64,000 nt of DNA from an uncultured bacterium (GTDB lineage: Bacteria; Zixibacteria; MSB-5A5; UBA10806), in assembly GCA_965541585.1 (NCBI GenBank), contig CBEUCH010000007.1, positions 96,001 to 160,000 on the forward strand, read 5' to 3'. This document shows, in pieces, positions 1-7,351 of the stretch. A program made the translations under genes and the position numbers. Within the stretch, counting starts at the first letter, position 1. Each line of letters starts with the position of its first letter. The notes beneath the pieces are model-generated. The model worked only from the letters and a program-made list of their open reading frames with translations. It made no database searches and had not been told where the DNA came from.

Positions 1-1226
1 TATACGGCGGGCTTGGTTCCTGCTGGGACTATGGCCCCCTCGGCGTGGAGTTGAAGAATAATGTCAAGCGTTCCTGGTGGGAGGCCATGACTCATCGCCG
101 CGATGATATAGAGGGGATCGATGCCGCCATACTCATGCACCCCAAGGTCTGGGAGGCCTCGGGACATATCGAAGGTTTTACCGATCCGATGGTGGACTGC
201 AAGCAGTGCAAACATCGTTTCCGCGCCGACGAGATCACAAAAGATCAATGCCCTGATTGCGGCGGGGAGTTAACCGAGCCGCGCATGTTCAACCTGATGT
301 TTAAAACCTTCATGGGGCCGGTGGAGGAGGATGCTGCGGTGGTCTTTATGCGGCCGGAAACCGCACAGGGTATCTATGTCAATTTCCATAACGTCCTGCA
401 GCCGTCGCGGCAGAAGCTGCCGTTCGGTATTGCGCAGATCGGCAAGGCCTTCAGAAACGAGATCACGCCCGGTAACTTCATCTTCCGCACCCGCGAGTTC
501 GAGCAGATGGAGATGCAGTTTTTCGTGCACCCGTCGGAGGATGCCAAATGGTTCGACTACTGGAAAGATCAGCGCTGGGATTGGTATCTCGAACTGGGTA
601 TCCGCAAGGAGAAGCTTCGCTGGCACGAGCATGCAAAAGACGAGCTCGCTCATTATGCCAAAACCGCCTTCGATATCGAATATGAATTCTCATTCGGCTG
701 GAAGGAGATCGAGGGTGTTCATAATCGCACCGATTTCGACCTCTCCCGCCATGCGGAGTCCTCGGGCAAGGATCTGCGCTACTTCGATCAAGCGCGCAAC
801 GAAAAATATCTCCCTTATATTATAGAGACCTCCGCCGGCGCCGACCGCACCACGCTTGTCGTCCTGGTTGACGCCTACCATGAAGAAGAGGTCAAGGGCG
901 AAAAGAGGGTGGTTCTGAGGCTTTCGCCGAAGATCGCCCCTATAAATGCCGCCGTTTTTCCCCTCGTGAACAAAGAGGGGATGCCTGAGGTGGCCGAGAA
1001 AATTTATCACGACCTGAAAGAACATTTCAAGGTTTTCTACGATGGCGGCGGTGCGGTGGGGCGACGTTACCGCCGCATGGACGAGGCCGGCACACCGTTC
1101 TGCATCACCGTTGACGGCCAAACCCTCGAGGACGACACCGTCACCGTCCGCGAACGCGACACCATGGAGCAGATCCGGCATAAGATTGGGGAACTGGTGG
1201 AGGTGATTGGGGAGAAGGTGAATTGA
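1..1226 (+). CDS. glyQS: Glycine--tRNA ligase, alpha2 (GlyQS) type; 5' end lies upstream of the window
   Basis: Frame open from position 3 (YGGLGSCWDYGPLGVELK); motifs MRPETAQG, QIGKAFRNEITPGNFIFRTREFEQME, anticodon-binding GRRYRRMDEAGTP. Confidence 0.96.
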   Translation, partial: YGGLGSCWDYGPLGVELKNNVKRSWWEAMTHRRDDIEGIDAAILMHPKVWEASGHIEGFTDPMVDCKQCKHRFRADEITKDQCPDCGGELTEPRMFNLMFKTFMGPVEEDAAVVFMRPETAQGIYVNFHNVLQPSRQKLPFGIAQIGKAFRNEITPGNFIFRTREFEQMEMQFFVHPSEDAKWFDYWKDQRWDWYLELGIRKEKLRWHEHAKDELAHYAKTAFDIEYEFSFGWKEIEGVHNRTDFDLSRHAESSGKDLRYFDQARNEKYLPYIIETSAGADRTTLVVLVDAYHEEEVKGEKRVVLRLSPKIAPINAAVFPLVNKEGMPEVAEKIYHDLKEHFKVFYDGGGAVGRRYRRMDEAGTPFCITVDGQTLEDDTVTVRERDTMEQIRHKIGELVEVIGEKVN

Positions 1227-1298
1227 CCGTGCTCGCAGTTAATGTAGGCGTGTATCGCATTTGCTTCCGGGTTCAAGTATGAAAATTTGGGCAAATCC

Positions 1299-2267
1299 AT
1301 GAAATGGCACCTGACGGAAGATGAAATAGCAAAAACCCAGAAAGGCGATGAAAATGAATTTCGCCATTTCTTCGACGAAAGGGGATATTGCCCGTTGAAA
1401 TTGGATGATGGATCGATAGGAAAAGCGCCTGATTACTCGTTAACCAACAATGGCCAAAGGGTAGTTGCTGAAATTAAGAGTAGATTCGGAGATCAAGAAT
1501 ACGAAAAAATATACTCAGAAATCGTAAGACGGATTAATGAACTCCCTTTTGGGTATGAATATTACTTCACGCATCTTTATGATAAAATGCCTTCCAATGA
1601 CGAATTTGATACACTTATTGCCCAGGTAAGCGAACGATTCAGAGCATTGACCAATAAAATTGAGCTTCCTTGGGATTTGTCGCAAGGATTATGGGAATAT
1701 GAAGAGACGCTAACTGATTTAGGGCGTGCAGAACCTATGTCCGAAATTGAAAAGACCTTTATTACACTATCTGGCAAAACCGCAAACGGGAAAATGCATT
1801 GTGACACATTGAGTAGAAGTCATCAAGGTTACCCCGGCTTGGGAGATAAGAGATATTTTGAAAAGCGATTTCGTGAGTCAAAGAAACAACTTAAAGAGTA
1901 TATAGAATACAATGAGATTGTGGGAATAATATTTTTTAATCATTCAGACGTGACTTGGAGATTATTTGACGTAATGGCATTATTTGGAGATTTAGACATT
2001 CAATTCAACCATGGCTCTCAAGTCGATACTTGGCTTATCAAATCTGGGAAAAACAAGATCATTGGAATAGAAAAGAAAACATGGCTAAGCTATTTCGGAT
2101 TTTGCGGATGTAATGAAGATGGCTCTTTTCTTACAATTTATCGAAATGGATTCGCTAAACATGAGGTTCCCAAGGTTTATTTTCCAGAGCCTGAATGTAA
2201 AACATATACAATAGGTCCGTTTGATGAAAATGGGCGTTTCATTACTGATATTCCGTTTTTGCAATAG
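1299..2267 (+). CDS. AT-rich orphan protein with PD-(D/E)xK-like nuclease motif
   Basis: Long ORF (track start 1287 TTG; ATG at 1299); KAPDYSLTNNGQRVVAEIKS matches the PD...ExK pattern; visibly more AT-rich than glyQS. Confidence 0.55.
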   Translation: MKWHLTEDEIAKTQKGDENEFRHFFDERGYCPLKLDDGSIGKAPDYSLTNNGQRVVAEIKSRFGDQEYEKIYSEIVRRINELPFGYEYYFTHLYDKMPSNDEFDTLIAQVSERFRALTNKIELPWDLSQGLWEYEETLTDLGRAEPMSEIEKTFITLSGKTANGKMHCDTLSRSHQGYPGLGDKRYFEKRFRESKKQLKEYIEYNEIVGIIFFNHSDVTWRLFDVMALFGDLDIQFNHGSQVDTWLIKSGKNKIIGIEKKTWLSYFGFCGCNEDGSFLTIYRNGFAKHEVPKVYFPEPECKTYTIGPFDENGRFITDIPFLQ

Positions 2268-2329
2268 CGAGTAGCTGAGGTTCCGAACGTTGTGAGCGGA
2301 CGAAGATCTTTATAAACCGGACACAATTC

Positions 2330-2393
2330 TGGATACCGGATTCCTACGGCCATACGGCCCGTAGGGATCCGTATGGACAAGTCCGGCATGACA
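2330..2393. repeat. REP-like palindrome (TGGAT...ATGACA) with a nested CCTACGG...CCGTAGG hairpin in its loop
   Basis: TGGATACCGGA[TTCCTACGGCCATACGGCCCGTAGGGATCCGTATGGA]CAAGTCCGGCATGACA; compare the uninterrupted copy at 2412-2439. Confidence 0.85.
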
Positions 2394-2411
2394 GGAAAAA
2401 GGCCAAGGAAG

Positions 2412-2439
2412 TGGATGCCGGATCAAGTCCGGCATGACA
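2412..2439. repeat. REP-like palindrome
   Basis: TGGATGCCGGATCAAGTCCGGCATGACA: stem ATGCCGGA/TCCGGCAT. Confidence 0.9.
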
Positions 2440-2451
2440 GGGGTAGAGGGC

Positions 2452-2478
2452 TGTCATTCCTGCGGAAGCAGGAATCCA
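2452..2478. repeat. REP-like palindrome, inverted relative to 2412-2439
   Basis: TGTCATTCCTGCGGAAGCAGGAATCCA: stem ATTCCTGC/GCAGGAAT, shared TGTCAT...ATCCA termini. Confidence 0.9.
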
Positions 2479-2494
2479 CGCGCGAGCCAATAGG

Positions 2495-2779
2495 ATGAAA
2501 ACGTATTATGTCTATATTATGGCAAGTCAAAAACATGGAACCCTATATATAGGTGTTACCAGCGATCTTAAGAAAAGAGTCTATGAACACAAAAACGACC
2601 TGATCGATGGTTTTACCAAGAAATATCAGGTGCATAGCTTGGTATATTGCGAGGCGGCCGACGATGTCAACGCGGCGATAATTCGAGAGAAGCAACTCAA
2701 GAGATGGAAACGGCAATGGAAGATCGAGTTGATCGAGAAAGAAAATCCGGACTGGCGAGATCTCTATGAAGACCTGTGA
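2495..2779 (+). CDS. Stand-alone GIY-YIG nuclease family protein
   Basis: YYVYIMAS..GTLYIGVTSDLKKRVYEH..FTKKY..LVY.E..A..REKQLKRW.R.WK..LIE..NP.W.DL; typical small GIY-YIG domain. Confidence 0.93.
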   Translation: MKTYYVYIMASQKHGTLYIGVTSDLKKRVYEHKNDLIDGFTKKYQVHSLVYCEAADDVNAAIIREKQLKRWKRQWKIELIEKENPDWRDLYEDL

Positions 2780-2803
2780 TTATTGCGCCCAATGGCTAGC
2801 TTA

Positions 2804-2831
2804 TGGATACCGCATCGAGTGCGGTATGACA
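2804..2831. repeat. REP-like palindrome
   Basis: TGGATACCGCATCGAGTGCGGTATGACA: stem ATACCGCA/TGCGGTAT, same termini as 2412-2439. Confidence 0.88.
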
Positions 2832-2850
2832 AGGAGATGGCCAGGCTTCA

Positions 2851-2915
2851 TGGATGCCGGATTCCTACGGCCATACGGCCCGTAGGGATCTGTAGGACGG
2901 GGATCTAGAATGACG
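2851..2915. repeat. REP-like element with nested hairpin; 40-bp direct repeat of 2330-2369
   Basis: 2851-2890 matches 2330-2369 at 39/40 positions; ends ...GAATGACG. Confidence 0.85.
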
Positions 2916-2929
2916 AGACAAATATAAGC

Positions 2930-2957
2930 AAAAGGGGCTGAACATTGTTCAGCCCCT
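2930..2957 (-). terminator. Rho-independent terminator
   Basis: AGGGGCTGAACA-T-TGTTCAGCCCCT hairpin with a T-run on the minus strand, downstream of the 2985-3314 gene. Confidence 0.75.
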
Positions 2958-2984
2958 GCAGATACCGTTACTATTTTTTGCGGA

Positions 2985-3314
2985 TCAGTTTATTGACCGC
3001 CGGTGTATCACTCTTAATGCTCTTAGTACCATATGCTCGGCTCGCTGGGCGTGATTGAACGCCGCCCGGCAATGATCGCCGCGATAGGCCCTGTTGGCGG
3101 CATGGATTTCATCGATAGCTGAATGGAGCAGGCTTATGGCACGCTCATTCCCTGACCTCAGGATTCTGGGAGTTGCCCGCTCGATCAATCCCTCGACCCT
3201 GTCAATGTAGGCTCCGACCCTCGGGCAATCCTCCGTTGGGATGGCGATTGTCTCAAGCGGCATTAGAACAAAAAGCAGGGCGAATACTATGATTGACGAA
3301 ATTACGATTCTCAT
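2985..3314 (-). CDS. Small secreted alpha-helical hypothetical protein
   Basis: Signal peptide MRIVISSIIVFALLFVLMPLETIA, GGAGG RBS upstream on the minus strand, two Cys residues. Confidence 0.75.
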   Translation of the reverse strand: MRIVISSIIVFALLFVLMPLETIAIPTEDCPRVGAYIDRVEGLIERATPRILRSGNERAISLLHSAIDEIHAANRAYRGDHCRAAFNHAQRAEHMVLRALRVIHRRSIN

Positions 3315-3455
3315 CAGTACCTCCGGAGTTCAGCTATCCTGCAAATTGGACACATCTTCTTCATAAACGTTTAACTATATAATGGATCTATCAGGTAAAT
3401 ACCAGCGATATTTGATCGAGACGCAAAGAGATAGATCCATGATATCGGTTTTAGC

Positions 3456-3484
3456 TTGACGGGGGGGGGACTGTCGGTCATATT
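3456..3484 (+). promoter_or_regulatory. Putative sigma70 promoter with a G9 tract in the spacer
   Basis: TTGACG-17 nt-CATATT; G homopolymer at 3461-3469. Confidence 0.4.
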
Positions 3485-3586
3485 CAGGATGTCATAATCA
3501 CTTGTTGAGCAGGGAATCCAACTTCACCGATTAAGAGGAGGAAACATGAGCGCAACTGAGACTTATCAGGGCGTTCTTTCACCGAG

Positions 3587-3940
3587 ATGAGAAAAACCAT
3601 ATTTACAATTGCGATTCTCATGGGCGGCTGGATGATATTAGACGGCCTTCATGTACTGATTTTCGGTAATTATATCGGCTCCCGTAAACCCGGGCCCTGG
3701 GCCGGCATTGTTTCCGCTATCGGCCTCGATCCCATGAGGTTCGGATTGGTGTTCGTGGCTTTCGGCATCGACTGGATTGTCGGCGGGATCGGAGTCATCA
3801 AGGACCGACGGTGGGGATATAATCTAACGATAATCATAGCCGTGCTATCGCTCTGGTATCTCACCATCGGTACTCTGCTGGCGGTTCTGGCCATCGTATT
3901 GATCATAGTTCATCTGTCCAGGAAACAGCCCGCCGCCTGA
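3587..3940 (+). CDS. Small integral membrane protein
   Basis: Several hydrophobic segments with a KPGPWA loop. Confidence 0.7.
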   Translation: MRKTIFTIAILMGGWMILDGLHVLIFGNYIGSRKPGPWAGIVSAIGLDPMRFGLVFVAFGIDWIVGGIGVIKDRRWGYNLTIIIAVLSLWYLTIGTLLAVLAIVLIIVHLSRKQPAA

Positions 3941-4064
3941 ATATTGCGGCAAAAACTTAAGGCATATGTGCCGGTCATAAGTTTTTCCGATTTTTGACCG
4001 ATTACTAATAATATTACATATATTTATGTTTGATTTTTGTCTTTGATGATTTATTGGAGAAGAT

Positions 4065-5066
4065 ATGCCGGAATTCAGACAAAATATGGCAACCAAGGAA
4101 TGGGTGGTCGTATCGCCCGATAGGGGGAAAAAGCCATCGGATTTTTCAAAGGGATCCGAAAAAAAAGAGCAGCCCCCGCACTTCAAGAAGGATTGCCCTT
4201 TCTGCCCCGGCAACGAGGACCGCACGCCAGAAGAAATTTATCGCAGCCCTGAGGAGGGCAATTGGCAAACCAGGGTGGTGCCGAATAAATTTGCCGCCCT
4301 GCAGCCGGATCTTGCCACCACTCGAAGTTACGTGGGGTCATTCCTGGCCGCCAAGGGCTTTGGCATAGCCGAGGTCGTGATCGAATCACCGGAACATCAC
4401 AAGACCATCGCCCTGATGCAAATGAGCGAGGTCTCCGCCGTGCTGACCGCCTACCGTCAGCGTTATGTGGCTATTGCTAAAAACCCCGATATCAACCTGA
4501 TAACCATCTTTCGCAATCATGGTGCCCGGGCGGGCACGTCCCTGGAGCACCCTCATTCCCAGATTATCGCCACCCCCATCGTTCCGCCGCACGTCAGGTA
4601 TCCCATCGAGCAATCGATACAACATTATGACCATCTCGGAAAATGCGTGCACTGCGATATAATCGAGGAGGAACGACGGCAAAAGGAACGGCTCATCATA
4701 GACACCGATAATTTTCTTGCCTTCTGCCCGTTCGCCGCCCGGACCCCGTTCGAGACGAGGATCTATCCCAAGCGGCACATGCCGGATTTTTCATCGATCG
4801 ACAGTGAGGAAATCGAAGAGCTGGCCTGGGTGTTAAGAAACCTGCTTTTGAAAATCTACAACTGCCTTGGCAATCCGGACTACAATTATGTAATTCGATC
4901 CGCGCCGATCGGCGATGAGGATACCCGCTACCTGCACTGGTATATGGTCATCATTCCAAAGATAACCACACCGGCAGGATTCGAGATCGGTTCCGGGATA
5001 TATATAAACAGCGTGGCGCCGGAAGACTCGGCCAGGTATTTGAGGGAGACAAGCACGGATTCTTAA
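4065..5066 (+). CDS. galT: Galactose-1-phosphate uridylyltransferase
   Basis: CPFCPGNE, RVVPNKF, EVVIESPEH, GTSLEHPHSQ (HxH catalytic motif), AGFEIGSG. Confidence 0.92.
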   Translation: MPEFRQNMATKEWVVVSPDRGKKPSDFSKGSEKKEQPPHFKKDCPFCPGNEDRTPEEIYRSPEEGNWQTRVVPNKFAALQPDLATTRSYVGSFLAAKGFGIAEVVIESPEHHKTIALMQMSEVSAVLTAYRQRYVAIAKNPDINLITIFRNHGARAGTSLEHPHSQIIATPIVPPHVRYPIEQSIQHYDHLGKCVHCDIIEEERRQKERLIIDTDNFLAFCPFAARTPFETRIYPKRHMPDFSSIDSEEIEELAWVLRNLLLKIYNCLGNPDYNYVIRSAPIGDEDTRYLHWYMVIIPKITTPAGFEIGSGIYINSVAPEDSARYLRETSTDS

Positions 5067-5204
5067 CGGTTTTGACTTTCAAACTTCTCCGACATTCAGA
5101 ATATCTCAGCGATCTACTGGCTATAAACGACCGGAAGACCCGGTCGAGCTAGATATAAAAACAGTTTGCCTGCCATTGACGCATCGTTTATAATTACCGG
5201 TCTA

Positions 5205-5900
5205 ATGGATAAGAGACGGATCGCCGCCAACCTTGAGGAGGTGAAGGCCAGAGTAGAAAGTCGTTGTCTGGCGAACGGGGTCGATCCATCCCGGGTGAAA
5301 ATAGTCGGGATTACCAAGATGTTTACGGCTGAAACGGCCATGGAGGGGATCAAAGCGGGCCTGACGGATCTGGGCGAGAACAGGGTACAGGAGGCCGCAA
5401 AGAAAATACCGCTGGTCATTCCCCGACCGAGGTGGCACCTCGTGGGCCATTTGCAGAAAAACAAGGTGAGGAAAGCGGTTGAGGTTTTCGATATTATCGA
5501 GTCTGTTGATAGTGTAGAACTGGCGCAAATGATTTCGATGCGGGCCTGCGAAGTGGGGAAAAAGATGGAGACCTATCTACAGGTGAATTCTTCATACGAA
5601 ACATCAAAGCACGGAATTGACCCGGGAGAAATTTCCGATCTTGCCGATAAGATAAACGAACTGCCGGGTTTGATAGTAAGCGGACTCATGACAATCGGGC
5701 CCCTGACAGACGATCTGGATTTGATTAAGAAGGCTTTTGCGATGACTAAAGATCTTTTTGATAAGCTAAAAGCCAGAATGGGTGGTGGATTCGAGGTACT
5801 ATCAATGGGTATGTCCGGTGACTTCGAACTGGCACTCGATTACGGCGCAAGTGAATTGAGAATAGGCACAGCCATATTCGGCCCCAGGTCGAAGGCGTAA
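5205..5900 (+). CDS. yggS: PLP homeostasis protein (YggS/PROSC)
   Basis: ITK PLP lysine, LGENRVQEA, WHLVGHLQKNKV, LSMGMSGDF, RIGTAIFG; ATG at 5205 preferred over TTG at 5166. Confidence 0.95.
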   Translation: MDKRRIAANLEEVKARVESRCLANGVDPSRVKIVGITKMFTAETAMEGIKAGLTDLGENRVQEAAKKIPLVIPRPRWHLVGHLQKNKVRKAVEVFDIIESVDSVELAQMISMRACEVGKKMETYLQVNSSYETSKHGIDPGEISDLADKINELPGLIVSGLMTIGPLTDDLDLIKKAFAMTKDLFDKLKARMGGGFEVLSMGMSGDFELALDYGASELRIGTAIFGPRSKA

Positions 5901-5913
5901 GAAAGGAGGAGCG

Positions 5914-6522
5914 ATGAAGATAACTCCTCTCGAGATTAAAAAGCAGGAGTTCGGCAGGGTATTCAGAGGTTATTCGCCGGAGGATGTTCATTCGTACCTT
6001 GAAATGGTAGCCGGGGAATTAGAGGATGCCCTTAAAAAGAATCTCGAACTCGAGGAGAGCCTCTCCTCTCTGAAGGAGAAGCTCACCAATTACACCAGGA
6101 TTGAAAACGTCCTGCAGGATACCCTGATGACAACCCAGAAATCGGCCGAGGAGATCAAGAGTGCAGCTGAACAGAAAGCGAAATCGATCACCGATGGAGC
6201 CCGGGTCAAAGCCGACCGTATCCTGGTTGACACCAACGAGCGGCTTCTGGAAATCCAGAGAGATATCGCAGATCTGAAACATCAGCGCGCGGCCTTTACA
6301 ATCAGTTTTAAATCTCTGCTGGAAACTCAGCGGGCGCTCCTTGAAAATATCGATAAAGGGGCCGGGGGCAAAGGGGATTATTCCCCTGTCAAAATGAAGG
6401 CCGACCTGAACGAAGATGAGCTCGAAAAAGTGGTGGGAGAGTTCGAGGAACAGCTTTCTCATAGCGAGGCGAGAGATGAAAGCGGGGATGATAAAGGTCC
6501 GCCGGCTGAAGGGGACAATTGA
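5914..6522 (+). CDS. divIVA: DivIVA domain protein
   Basis: MKITPLEIKKQEF..FRGYSPEDVHSYLE followed by coiled coil. Confidence 0.9.
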   Translation: MKITPLEIKKQEFGRVFRGYSPEDVHSYLEMVAGELEDALKKNLELEESLSSLKEKLTNYTRIENVLQDTLMTTQKSAEEIKSAAEQKAKSITDGARVKADRILVDTNERLLEIQRDIADLKHQRAAFTISFKSLLETQRALLENIDKGAGGKGDYSPVKMKADLNEDELEKVVGEFEEQLSHSEARDESGDDKGPPAEGDN

Positions 6523-7349
6523 TGAATTTGAAATCTGAGATCAAGGACGCTGTAGATTTTATTAGAACACAAACCGATGCGACTCCGGCGATCGGTATCA
6601 TTCTGGGCACCGGTCTGGGAGCACTGGCGGACGAGATAAAAAAAGACACATCGATTTCGTACGATAAGATTCCTCATTTTCCCGTGAGCACGGTGGAATC
6701 GCACGCCGGACGTTTTCTTTTCGGGAAATTGGGCGGTAAAGACGTTATCGCGATGCAGGGTAGATTTCATTATTATGAAGGCTATGATCTCGGGCAGGTG
6801 ACGTTCCCGGTCAGAGTTATGAAGGAGATAGGGGTGAAAATACTCATCGTCTCCAACGCCGCCGGAGGCTTAAACCCGCAGTTTGAAATCGGCGATCTGG
6901 TCATGATAACAGATCATATCAATTTTCAGGTTGTCAATCCTCTGACAGGCCCTAACGATGAGAACCTCGGCCCCCGTTTTCCGGATATGTACAACTGCTA
7001 TGACCGCGAGCTACGGGATCTGGCCGAGCAGACGGCAATCGATGAGAAGGTTCCATTGAGAAAAGGTGTCTATGTCGGCGTGACAGGTCCAAATCTCGAG
7101 ACCGCTGCGGAATATCGTTTCCTGAGGATTATAGGTGGAGATCTTGTGGGAATGTCCACGGTGCCGGAGGTGATAGTGGCCCGCCATCAGGGGACCAGGG
7201 TACTGGGCTTTTCGCTGGCTACGGACATGGGGCTGCCGGATGCGATGGAACCGTGCAGTCATGAAAAGATAATCGCCGCCGCGGCGAAGGCTGAGCCGAA
7301 GCTGACCAAACTGGTGAAGAAAACCGTTGAAAGGATTTCGATCAAATAG
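6522..7349 (+). CDS. punA: Purine-nucleoside phosphorylase
   Basis: ILGTGLG, MQGRFHYYEG, SNAAGG, GPNLETAAE, VGMSTVPE; TGATG overlap with divIVA. Confidence 0.94.
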   Translation: MNLKSEIKDAVDFIRTQTDATPAIGIILGTGLGALADEIKKDTSISYDKIPHFPVSTVESHAGRFLFGKLGGKDVIAMQGRFHYYEGYDLGQVTFPVRVMKEIGVKILIVSNAAGGLNPQFEIGDLVMITDHINFQVVNPLTGPNDENLGPRFPDMYNCYDRELRDLAEQTAIDEKVPLRKGVYVGVTGPNLETAAEYRFLRIIGGDLVGMSTVPEVIVARHQGTRVLGFSLATDMGLPDAMEPCSHEKIIAAAAKAEPKLTKLVKKTVERISIK

Positions 7350-7351
7350 TC

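Noticed and set aside
2330..2915. CRISPR array interpretation of the repeat cluster
   Set aside because: Units vary in sequence and orientation, spacing is irregular, a gene lies in the middle, and there are no cas genes
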